The notes under the pieces are model-generated. The model did not search any database. It saw nothing but the letters and a program-made list of their open reading frames with translations, and was not told where the DNA came from. From Antedon mediterranea (Eukaryota; Animalia; Echinodermata): a DNA stretch of 64,000 nucleotides. Within the stretch, counting starts at the first letter, position 1; the number at the start of each line of letters is the position of its first letter. Shown piece by piece: positions 11,817 through 23,792 of this stretch. The translations under genes were made by a program, and so were the position numbers. The stretch spans positions 21,903,365 to 21,967,364 of the forward strand of contig NC_092678.1 in the NCBI RefSeq assembly GCF_964355755.1. Reading direction: 5' to 3'.

Positions 11817-11915
11817 TTTTAGTCGCGTACAAACGCGACTCTACAGCTCACTATCGGTCGGTAAACACTAACTAAAATTTGAGCACGCGACTGCAGCTGG
11901 CCATGTATGGTCTTG
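11817..11915 (+). mobile_element. Minimal ~100-bp HINE/DINE-like element
   Basis: tttt, then agtcgcgt-acaa-acgcgact hairpin, (tcgg)2, second acgcgact at 11885, 3' hairpin ggcca-tgta-tggtc, and ttg. Confidence 0.6.
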
Positions 11916-12529
11916 GACAAATGGAAGTGCGGAGGAGAGGGAGGGGGTGTCAGTTAGAGGAAGGTGTGCACAATGAGTGTACAGTTTGAATACGCCAAGT
12001 GATGAAAACATAAAACATTAATTATGTTAAATATTAACATATTGCGTGAACAATTAATTTGACGATTTGTTGCTGTTCTTCTTATATAAGGTTTTTTTTA
12101 TGTTATTATTATTTTAAAAAATACAAAAAGGGAAAAGGAAGTAAAAATAGGCTATATAGTATATATATGTATTGAAATGTATTATTTGCAATTCGTACTT
12201 TTTTTTAATACCTTATTCATTTATTTTTATTGTAATTGATTGAAAGAAAGAAAATAAATGTTTACGTTGATTGATTTGTCATATAGTACCGAAACTTTGA
12301 AAGGTCTAATCACCTCAATTGACTTTTGAAGAACGCACTTTTTGTTTCATGTGATAGGCCTACTCTACTACACATCAAACTTTATGTGACAAAAAATGTG
12401 ATGTGCCCATATATGGACATGATATATATCACTACCATATTCAAGTATATCACTACCATATTTGGGCAAATCACACTTTCTTTGTCAAACTAGTTTGATA
12501 GTAGGCCTATATAGACAGAGCTTTACTCA

Positions 12530-12712
12530 TGGCCGAGGTGTGGTCGTCTGTAAAGTTTGGTTCCAATCAGGGAGCGATGCAAGGTCGTAAGCGCAGCACA
12601 CGCGAGTTACCCAATATAATAGAAACTTCGGCGCCGTTTACCGTACCTAAAGAGCCAACAACATCGGCAAGGGTTCGAGGCCGACTCGCTCCTAGTTCTG
12701 GTGGTGGAATAA

Positions 12713-12746
<34 letters not shown>

Positions 12747-12950
12747 AGTGTACACAGTTATAATCTGTGTGTACTTTAAAGAACCCAGTTCATTATTCGA
12801 AAAGTGTAGGGGGTTACCCCGGTGAACTGGTTCACACAATAGCCCCTGTGTCAGGGGGATTACCACCTATCTGATAGGACAGTGATTAATTCACTATTGG
12901 TAATCCTTGGCCACATTGCCTAAAGACATAAAATTAAAAAAAAATAAAAA
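12530..12950 (+). mobile_element. SINE with Deu/Nin-type central domain
   Basis: B-box-like ggttcgaggcc; core cttctcagataaggactataaaccgtaggtcc...ttaaagaaccc...ttcga...gtagggggttaccccggtg; A-rich tail. Confidence 0.75.
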
Positions 12951-15365
12951 ATATATAGTATATGCTTGGAATGTGATTGGCCTAATTACTTTTGGTGCGC
13001 ATACGTCTGCCCTTCTGTTGCGTGCTAATGGAAACCACCAAGCTTAGGCTACTCTCCGGTATTTAGATGCACACGTCACTGTTTGGTTCCATTTCTCTAG
13101 AACACTACGACCAGTAAGTACTATAGATAGGCTATTTAAATGAAAATAACCAATAAAAATAATGATGCGAATATAAAAAACACATAAAAAAGAGAAAGAT
13201 AATCCAGGGCATTGTGATTGACCTTTAAACAGATATGCCTTTCAATTGTTCACGTTGTAAATGCCATGTCATTCCTGATGCCGGCTGACTGCACAAGTAC
13301 AGTATAGTTGCCTTAACAATTGAATAAGGCCTACTTAGTACCCCAGGACCAATATGGTACAGGATATAACATGTGCCTTGTATTTCGTAAACTTTGTTCA
13401 AACCTACCGAGCAATGATTTCGTAGGGTAAGCCAGGTGACATCAGCAACGTGTTCACATTCGTTCTCTGCAGACCATACTACTACTCTGCATTTCGTATA
13501 ACTTGGTCCAATAATTTGACCAATCACGACGCGATGACCACCGAATTGTCACTTATGATTGGTCAACTCACTTCCGTTTGGGGAGTTTGCTCCTTTTTAG
13601 CAAATTATATATACAGTAATGTAATATTGAAGTTGTCACATTTAAGGTTTCTTCACACTCACTTATAGTATTATACGCAGCGCAGGTAATTCGCGACAGT
13701 TCGACTTAGATTGGACAATGCGTTCTATTGTCACACATGCGCACAGGAGGTACTTTCCTGTTTTAGGTTGGTCTTCTTACGACATGTATATTGTAAGATA
13801 TATAAAGTTCGGTCTACACTCAATATCAAACCAGGGAGTTGTTATAATAACAACTCCCTGATCAAACTATATTGACAAAAATGTGTGATAAACCCAAATA
13901 TGGTAGTGATAATACATCATCATGACCATATATGGGCATATCCCACTTTGTTATCGCATAGCTTAATATTTGTTTTGGAGACTTACTTCCTATGCGTATA
14001 ATTTAAATTCAGAAGAAGTTGATTGAATAGAAGTAAATGCATTAGAAAACTGCAAATGTTAAAAAATTGATTCAAACACAAAATGAATGGTAAAACAAAA
14101 TTGTTGTTCTGCCAAAACACAAGGTCGGTTGATTTGGAAAGTTTGTTTAAAGTACGGTAATTTACCGTAAAACAAACAATATCTCGGGTAAAACAAATAG
14201 TTTGTCAAGTAAGCAAATTTGAACTTTATAAATATGGGATGTCATTTATTATTTCTGCCAAAATCAAAAGTGGAATTGTTTATACTATAATAATCATCAT
14301 AAAAAAGATAACATGCATTCATTATATCAAGTTACATACAAGCTTTCACAGTAAAATGAATATGTTGTCAAAGAAACCCATTTTATATTAGTGAAAAAAT
14401 TCTACTTTACTAAACTATTAAAAACAACGTTGCATAACCAGTTAAGATTTTTATACTCTTAAAAATAGAATATAAAAACTCAAAACAATGCTAAATACAT
14501 ATCAGTTTGGGGGATGATACTGTATATGGTTACTTTATTAAGAACAATGTTAAAAACTAGAATATTTGTCACAATTGTAAGTAATCAGAAGCTGCTTAGT
14601 TGACAATGTAGCAAATATTAAATACAAATTAATTAATTTACTAATTATTAGAAGACCGTTTATTACTACTATTTAGAAGATAATACTTGTATATTCAATT
14701 AATCAACCCAACTAATATTGCTTGGTATTGAAGCATTTTAGAATCAACATATCATTGCAAGTGTTATATTTATTGAGATAATGTCTTTAAACAGGAATAT
14801 CTCTGAAGTCTGCTGTGGCGGGAAAAGCATCACCAGAGGTTTATAAGAAAAGTTGCTTGGTCCAATAGTTCCGCATTTTGCGATTCTTGAATTTGGGTTC
14901 ATAAACTGTAGTGTCAATTATCTGGAAAAATGTTATTTTAACATTGGCTATACAGATCAACGTAACATTAAGCGTCGGGCCCATAGTAGTCATGCCACTT
15001 TTTATGTATTGATATATTATAAAGTTATTAGTATGGTAAATGTAAAAATTCTGGAAACACTGGATGAGATTCCTCCTCTGCTTGCTGTGTCCGTTCAAGT
15101 GGCTAGAGGTTTGGTTATGGAAAGATAGTGCCAACAATTCGACATGCAGTAAACTATGTCAAGTTACCGAAACAATATTATTACAGCATTGATCAATATT
15201 TTGTGTTCTTGGACTAAAAATAAATTGCAGTGTTAATCTTCTACTACACCTACAGTTTGTAAGTTCGAAAATTATGATAAATCATTTTCACAAAATGAAA
15301 AAGCGAGATATCTGTAGTATTAGTTAGTATGCTTTGGTCTCCTCTCGGGTACAGGTTGCATGCGA

Positions 15366-15788
15366 CTACATTCCCAGGGATTCTAGATATTCAGCAATAA
15401 CTGCTACACCTTTATTTGTGTTTCCTTGTTGACATCCCTCTGCGGTGTGGCCGATGACTATGGCAGTTTTTGAACACTGCATCGTAAGTGCTCCTTTATC
15501 TTTTTTTTTGCCGAAAACAGTTTTTTTGTCTTCTTCCCTCAAAAATTGGTATTTTTCTCCCTCAACATATATACCACCTGTCATGAACGTATTGAACTCT
15601 CTACTTTTAAAACACTTTGCTATGTTCGCACCCTCAGCACCTTGTAGTTTAAGCGCCATGGGATGGCCTGCTGTTGTCCAAGGTGCGCCACCGTCCAAAC
15701 CAATTATACAAGCTCTATCACTATGCGCTGTACCACTTGCATCCTTAGTTTGAGCAACCAAATTATCAATATATGAATCCCAACTCAT
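15366..15788 (-). CDS. PFN: Profilin, canonical cytosolic (140 aa)
   Basis: MSWDSYIDNL...ACIIGLDGGAPW...KYQFLR...QGNTNKGVAVIAEYLESLGM is a typical invertebrate profilin, similar to sea-urchin profilins. An in-frame TGA upstream fixes the start codon. Confidence 0.97.
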   Translation of the reverse strand: MSWDSYIDNLVAQTKDASGTAHSDRACIIGLDGGAPWTTAGHPMALKLQGAEGANIAKCFKSREFNTFMTGGIYVEGEKYQFLREEDKKTVFGKKKDKGALTMQCSKTAIVIGHTAEGCQQGNTNKGVAVIAEYLESLGM

Positions 15789-15859
15789 GATTTTAATTGC
15801 TAGGTTTATAAGTGTTCAATAAACTATGAGAATCAAAGAAATGTACGGCTTACTTTAAC

Positions 15860-16450
15860 CAGCACTTCCGCCTTCGCTACCGGTAAATGGTACAAGGACG
15901 TGTAGAATGGAAAATGGAGGTTGGTACCATGAGCGCGAGGAAGTTATTTCACACAAAAACAGACTCCCGCCCTCTACATTAAAGTCTTTATATTGGCTGT
16001 GCCTTTTCGGCTGTGTAGGATATCCATATTTAAAATTTCTATACAAACTCACAGACCTCATAAAATTAATTTTTCTACGATATTTTATTAATTAAAATTG
16101 TTTTTCAGATATATGATTCAATTAACACTATGGATGGAGTACATGAATAATTATTATCTCTGAAGAGAGAATTTAGACCCGCCCTCTAGTGTTTGAATTC
16201 ATGGAGAACAAAAATTCTCGAAATAATAATATCAATAGTTACATTTGGAGACAGTACTGATGTATGGTGCAAAAAAACCTCTCAAGTACCCAATTAAATG
16301 GATTATATAAGGAATTTATAATATAATTATATAATTTTTGTTGTTTCTCTTTTGGTGGAATGTACTAGATTTTTAGGACTTATTGCCACGTACTCATGCA
16401 ATTCGCACTTTTAGTACTATCATTTCACTTCCGCATTCACCACCGCCTCC
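15860..16450. promoter_or_regulatory. Candidate promoter region between divergently oriented profilin and dystroglycan
   Basis: ETS-like cacttccg (15863, 16426), GC boxes ccgccc (~15967, ~16179) and attgg/CCAAT (~15992) in a locally GC/CpG-richer stretch. Confidence 0.45.
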
Positions 16451-17376
16451 CATGTAGTTAAAATACGATTTGTTGCGGTTCGGCATGGCGATGTGAGACA
16501 CTCCCCTTTTTCAAAAAAAGTGGGTTACACTATCACGTGATAAACACTAGTAATAACAGAACATGAAATATTACGGTGCTAATCAAAACATGTATAAACC
16601 TTTATAGTAATTCTGTAGTATTAAATAAAATTTAAGTTACATAAAAAATATTAATTTTAATATTGTAACAGGTAATGTAAATGATTGGAAATGTTATTTA
16701 TTTTGGTTTTAGAAACATTTACTGGAGCCTAGTTAGAGGGGACGCTAACCGATTAATTTCCTTGGACACCACCGATACTTAGCCTAGATAGTGTTTGACG
16801 TGTAATTTAAATTTTTGATTTAAAACTACAATTAGGCCTAGGAGGGATTAACGCCTAATTAGTATTGAATATTATGGATCTCCGAATTTTGATGATAATA
16901 ATAATAACATGAATTGGTTGGTTTAGCCACAGTACGCCTTCCTATTTAGGCCTTAATGTGTACTGGCATGGTTGGTAGGGAGTTTGAACTTTTGTGTAAC
17001 TGTTTATACACAGATGCCCACCATTTCCTATGAAATCGTATGTTGTCTCTCCACACTCACTCTGACTCACAGGGCCGAGTCATATTAGCATTACACAGTA
17101 GTATATTATTTTAGCTAGCCTTCATATCTATTGAGTAGGTAGGTCTAATTATTATATAGTAATTAAACCTGGGTTGATATATTATTGTGTATTTTATTTT
17201 ACATTAGTTGAGTTTCCCCTGATTGTGATCTACCATCAGGTGTTTATTAACTAATGAATGATGTTTGAATTCATTTTTTTATTAAGGCATGAAGAACCCA
17301 AATATGGAATGTTACCACAAGATTATCAACAGAAAACCATTGAAGCAGTAAACAACTATATAAACATTTAAAAAAA

Positions 17377-20300
17377 ATGCGATGCATTACACGTTTATGG
17401 GGAGCATCGTCATTCTTTTACCACCGGCCTTTAAGGAAGCAGAGTTTTAAGATTTTACTAGTCGTTTTCTGTACCTCGATTATCAACAGCAATGCATTGT
17501 GGGGATTGGTAGAAGATGCGGAGGAAAGTAGAGCAATGGTACAGGACAAAATAGCAATTGTTGGAAAAGTATTTGTGTATCGCATTCCAAGTGTGAAGAG
17601 TAAGATGAAGGTGAGAAAATTATTCAACAATTAAATTAGACTGTTTTTCTTCACATCAGTATTGAGTAAAGTTACTATACAGTTGTAGTATACAGTAGTA
17701 CCACATTATAAAGCCTTGTCTACACTATCAAACTTTATGTGACAAAAAAATGTGACGTGCCCGTAGATGGACATGATGATGCCATATCACTAGGATATTT
17801 GGCCACATCAGTACCATATATGTGGACATCACACTTTTTTGTCAAATAAAGTTTGATAGACAAGGCTTAATATGCTATGCGAAAAAAAAAAAAATTATCA
17901 ATATTTTGTATCTCTGAATACTAACTATATATTATTGTTAAATATGGTTTGGGAATGCTTTTATTTTCGTTGTAGTGAATATCTCCATATCATGAAATTT
18001 TCACTGTCACTTCTTTTTTTTCCCTCCTTTATTTTAGGTAACAGAAGCAGGATGTGAATCTCTCCCTGATTGGTTGGACTTCAATGCTGATAATTTGACA
18101 CTGTATGGTATAGCTACTGTGCTGGACATAGGATACCACTACATAAGTGTAACAACCACATCGGAAAACAATAAAGTCTCTAGAAATAATGATATCTTTA
18201 CAATTGATGTCATGATGGACATATCTTTAACTGCAGATAAACTGTCGGACCATTTACCAGAACGAGCAAGAAATAAATTAACTGATATCTTGTTGTTGAA
18301 CCTTCAATCATCAGATGTGTTGACGTATGAGACCAGACTTGAATCATGTTCACCAGACCAACCTCGCTATTCGGCAACTATCATCTTCGATTCCACATTT
18401 AAGGAACTCGGTGGGCAAGCAAGAGTTGACGTTGCCCTACGGTTTGCAGAATTTGTGTCTCGTAGCCCGGTTGATATCACCTTGAGTCCACGTAAAAGTA
18501 CTAGTATCACTCGTCTACTTAAAAAATCAATTGTGGCAGCCGGCGCTGGGGATGTGGATGACAAACACATGGAGGAGAATGTTGAGATTTCATGGACCAT
18601 AGCTTGCAATTATCAATTCCGCATAAAAGACTTTATAATGATTTTAGAACACAATATTTTAAGCAAAACCTTGACAAATGTCATAGGATACTCCATACTT
18701 GGTTGGTATATAACCAAAGAGGCGCCCAGATTCAAACCAAGGATCAGACGGCAGGCGAATGGTATCATTGAAGGAACACCAATGCCCACTCCAAGTCTTA
18801 CCATAGTTCCGCCAACCAATGTAGGGAGTACAAGAACTTTCACTTTTCCGTCCACATCAATATTTTCCGAGTCCACATTTACAATTGAGACTATTCCGTC
18901 CATGTTTACACAAACTATATTTGCATCTCAAGATTCACAACCTTTAATATCATCATTTAGTACATCTGATCAAACATCTTATATTTCATTCAGTTCATCA
19001 GATAGTATAGTGTACTCAACCTTATTTACTTCAGAATCTGTACTCCTATCAACAACAAATTTGATTATGACTTCAACATTGCATATTTCCACTTTGGAAT
19101 CATTTTTCTCAGAATCCGTGTCCACATACAGTGTCCCTCAATTAACTTCATCCACTGCAAGAAGTAATCAATTTTCATCAACATTTATCACATCTTCTTT
19201 GTCTGAGCCATACTTCACAATGACCATTTCACCTGTTGAATTAAGCTCTTCACTTGCTAGAAGTTCTTTTGAAAGTTTTTCTGAGACTTCTTCCAGTACA
19301 TCATTTCAATATCTTAGTAGCGTTGAGAGCTCCTTCAGTTTCTACTTTTCAACAAGCATGGCTAGAGATTCTATGGCCACTGTTGTTCCATTTTCTACTG
19401 ATTCACTATCAATTTCTCCGGTGGTTTCGACAGTAACACTAACAACAGATGTAATGCCATCGACATCACAAAAATCCTCTCAAATGTTGACACAATTGGA
19501 GAGTGACTCTTTGTCAACTGTAATTGTATCAACTGCTGAAACTACTAGTCTAGATATTTCTTTAGACTTATCGTCTGTCATTACTCATCAGCCATTGTCA
19601 TCAACTGAGTTAAATTTATACTCATCAACTTTAATCACAAGTTCAGACTTATTTTCTGTGATGAGTAGCTCTGTTGATGATTCCTTTGTAACCAGTTCTG
19701 TTTTAAAAGAATCAAGCATTTTAGTGTCTTCAGTATCAACTATCCTATCATCAAGTTTTGAGGCGTCTGTTCCAGTGTTCAGCTCTAGCCTGTCACAAAC
19801 CTTCTATTCATTGCAACCATCCTCATCTCTCCTGCCATCAATGACACCTTCTGCATCATCTCAGCAAATCATGTCTTCATCTGAATTGTATTCCATGAAA
19901 TCTTCTTTTTCTATACTATCATCAGAATTGTCACCATCTATATCCGAGACATCTTTTTTTATTAGTTCAATCAACATCGAAACACAAAGTGTATCTCCCA
20001 CATCATCAGTGCTATTATCAGAACCCACCCCATCATCATCAGCAACACCCCAACCATCAGTATCCCAACCTTTAACACCCCAACCATCAGTACCCCAAAC
20101 ATTAACACCCCTAATTTCAACACCCCAATCATCAGTACCCCAAACATTAACACCCCTAATTTCAACATACCACTTATCAACATCAACAACATCCTTTTCC
20201 ACATCCAGCAGTTTGATGCCATCATCGACATTCTTGACACCCTCACCATCATATTTCCCGTCATCTGTTATGGAGAGCAGTTTGCCAACAGTGGTTCCAA

Positions 20301-22046
20301 CACCAACTCTATCTACATCTATCATGGGATCATTGTCCAGCATTTCTGTGTCGTCAATTCAGCAAGTGTTATCTTCTGACATCATACCGTCATCATCCAT
20401 TTCAAATACCATAATCTCATCCAGTTTGTATGTCATAACTCCAGGTAATAAGAACATTAACATGCATGTGTGTTTCTTTGGTGTGCAATATAGAATAAGC
20501 ATGTATTTGTTGTCATGTCCTATTGATTTTATCAGCATATAATAGTAAATATAGCACCAACTAAAAAATCAAAGGCACTGTGGTGAGCTCCTGAACCTTA
20601 TATTTTGTGTATGCTCTCCACCTTGGGTAGGGTTTTAATACTATATTTTGAATTGACTTTTTATATTTTTATTCGAACCATATTTAATGAGGGTGATCCA
20701 TCCAGTAATTGCTGATCATTTGGGACCCTCAGAACAGATACAATACACAAAAAAAGAAAAACAAAACTTGAGAGATTAGACCTCAGATATTCTAAATCCA
20801 CCCAATGTTTACAAATTAAATTTTTTTTACAGAACCCACCAATCAAGGACCGGTTGTTCTTAACGCCATCAATCATGTCTCAATCATAATTGGACGGATT
20901 CTACACTTTGATATTCCTGCCGATACATTTCACGATGCAGAAGATGGAAACACACGCAATCTTAAGCTTGAACTACTTGCAGGTGATAATGAACCTCTAC
21001 AGGGATCGTCATGGGTGAGGTTGGACTCTGAGAATCAGGTTATCTACGGGTTGCCGTTGGATTTTGATTTAATTGGCCAAAAAATAGTTTATAATTTACA
21101 TGCAATTGATACAAATGGTTTAAATGTGTTTGATGCTTTGTATTTAGAAGTGCTTCCTGACCCGTTTATATATAACCACCGATTTTTCATAACATTTAGC
21201 AATAATTACTTTGGATTTGCAAGTTACGTCAATAACGCTATAAACGTGTGTCAACGATTGGCAGATTATTATGGTGATCCGAACACGGATATGATTACAG
21301 TTGCCTCAGTAACAGAGGGATCTGTTATTTATGCGTATGCAAACAATAGCATTGCCAAAGATTTTTGCGATAAGGATACTGTATATAATGTGTATAGTCG
21401 TCTTGCGTATGCAAACGGTTCAGTAAACATTGGCCTATCGATTGTCATGCATCCAAAGTTTTCAGTTATTGCAGTGGACAAAGAATTTACAGGGATATGT
21501 TTACCAAAACCGCAAACCACCAATTCTCCGAATGTGATTGCGGAAAAACACACCAGTGAGGGTGACATAATTCCCATCATTGTACCTGCCCTCCTTTCTG
21601 CCTTAATAATTTTACTGATTGGAATTTGTGTTTGTTTCTGTTATAAGCGCAAACGTCATGGAGAGGAATTTCTATTACCGGAAGAGACTAACATGTTTGT
21701 TGGTAACCGTAAACCAATATTTCTTGATAATGAACTTCAGAAGCAAGCAAAGGCAGCCGAACCAGTAATCTTGCCTAAAGATATATCGCCCTTTCAAGCA
21801 AGTCCAATTTCTGTAAATTACCCCTTGGAAGGCAGGCCTTCTCCTCCTTCATACCTAAATGAAGCTTATGAGAAAGACGACATAGACTTGGGTATTCCTA
21901 TGGCACCTCTTTTTATGCCCCCTGCTTATTCCCCCCAACCTACTTTTAACAGACCACCTCCTTCGTATATGGACCCTCCTACTTATCGTTTACCTCCTCC
22001 GTATGAATCGGAAGATGTTGGGATTTTTGAGACATCAAAAATTTAA
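17377..22046 (+). CDS. DAG1: Dystroglycan precursor (~1284 aa)
   Basis: Coding exons 17377-17610, 18038-20444 and 20833-22046 (GT-AG, frame-consistent). Shows Ig/cadherin-like VTEAGCESLPDWLDF, furin site RIRR-Q followed by TPMPTP, a Ser/Thr mucin region, second Ig domain IPADTFHDAEDGNTRNLKL, SEA autocleavage motif VTEG|SVIY, a TM helix followed by YKRKRHG, and a PPxY tail. The exact start codon is less certain. Confidence 0.93.
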
Positions 22047-22627
22047 AATAGGGTTGAGTTATTATTAATATTATTGATTTAATAGTATTGATTGTAATGT
22101 GACGAAACTGCTTGGATTGATCCAGGCAGTCATCAAGAAAGTTTTTATAACACTAGCTGGTTCTAGGTTTGTTTTTTTTTAACTATAATGAGACAAAAAC
22201 ATTCCAGTTATGTTTAAAATGTTATATATTACTAATTAGGCTTAATGAAAAATAGCGCAATGTTCTTTAATGGATGCTTTTTTTATAAACTGTTTTTAAT
22301 TAAGGTTATTTTTTATGAAAACTAGCTGGTTCTGGAGTCATTTTATGCTGACATTTTTTAAGGTTCCAATGTAGTTAATGTTGATGAAAAAAAGTACAGT
22401 TTTAGAAGTGTTAATGATATTCCACCAATATGCAGATTACCAAGACCACCATATTTGTACATTCTATGCTTTCTAGCAGCTGGTTATGAGATCTTTCATA
22501 TACATGTATTATAATCTAATACTGTGTAATATACTATAGTAATGAAGCTTTATAGAAGTTTGATACATTCCAACAATTCTAATATAAATGTTTCTAATTT
22601 AATATACACTGTAAATACACCTGTGTC

Positions 22628-22826
22628 CAGTGGTGTAACGGCTATGAGTGCTCACTGGCTAAACCCAGGGGCCCCAGAACATATGGGGCCCTTGAGCAGT
22701 GCATATAGTGGAAAAACAGGCATTCAATATTAAAAAAAGGCTAAAAACGCCAGAGGCCTCCAGTGTTGGAGGGCCACTTAGAGGGTTCCTAAACCAGGAG
22801 CCTCAGGTCTCAACGTTACGCCACTG
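22628..22826. mobile_element. hAT-type MITE downstream of the dystroglycan stop codon
   Basis: TIRs cagtggtgtaacg / cgttacgccactg; 8-bp TSD cctgtgtc / cctgtttc. Confidence 0.85.
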
Positions 22827-23792
22827 CCTGTTTCATGTCTCCTTGAAATTACAGGAGGGCATGTTTTCCAACCTGAGTTTGCCAAGAACTAATTCATACT
22901 GACCATCGATTAATTAAGAGCAATACCTACCTTGATCACCTTCATAATATTTTTGTTTAAATTCAGTGACTGTTTGTACTGGATATATGTTTTTTTTTAA
23001 AGCAAAAGATATCATGTATAGAAAATAAACAAATATATGTTTTTAAATCAATTATTAAAAAAGTACAAGCAAGGTATTTTTAACTGAAATAAATTAAATA
23101 CTGTATAAAAGTATTATTTGTGTTTGTTATATTTATGAATAATTACTCTTCTATAGGCTAGGTACGGTACTGACTGGTAGTAGAGATGTAGACCTAGGCC
23201 CTAGGTCTGCTGAAAGTGCCCATGGGCATGGGCCATATAAATAATACAGTATAAAATAATGTATTTTTTATCCCGGCATAATTTATCGTGAATTATTCAT
23301 GATTTCTGCCGAGACGTAATAGAACTTTCGCTGGGAGCCTACAACCCACAATAACAGGCTAGCTAGCTCTACTACTACTAATAGGGCTAGGCCTACTACT
23401 TCTGAATAGACCAATCTCCACTAAGCTCTAGGCCGCCTGGCTAGCCTAGTGTAGTAGAGGCTAGGTTAAGTGTGTGTGTGTGGAGTGTACGTGTGTGCCA
23501 AAACAAGAAATTGGGAGTGAACTTACAAAAAAAAGTGCTAGGATTTTTTTTTTCTTAAATGCATCTAAAAGATATTTAAAGTAAATTCACAGTACACACA
23601 AATATAAATTGAGTAAACAACTAAATTTTAAACTTACCGCCTCATTTTTGTTTTTCAATTTTCATTGGAAAAAAAGTTTTAAAATGACGTCTGCGCTACG
23701 AACTAAAGAGGGCGCCAGACTTAAAATTAATTCTCATCATATCATCACACGCCTCAGTGCACACAACATACGTAAACACGTGTGTGTACAAG

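Noticed and set aside
18074-20542. Stand-alone 822-aa mucin gene
   Set aside because: It is the middle coding exon of dystroglycan; splice sites at 18038 and 20444 join it in frame to the flanking exons.
20660-20725. ~60-bp block shared in inverted orientation with 37262-37325
   Set aside because: Most likely a short interspersed repeat tail; too short to classify, no evidence of function.
18367-21580. Minus-strand ORFs overlapping dystroglycan (and 15445-15753 over profilin)
   Set aside because: Antisense shadows of real coding sequence with no recognisable protein features.
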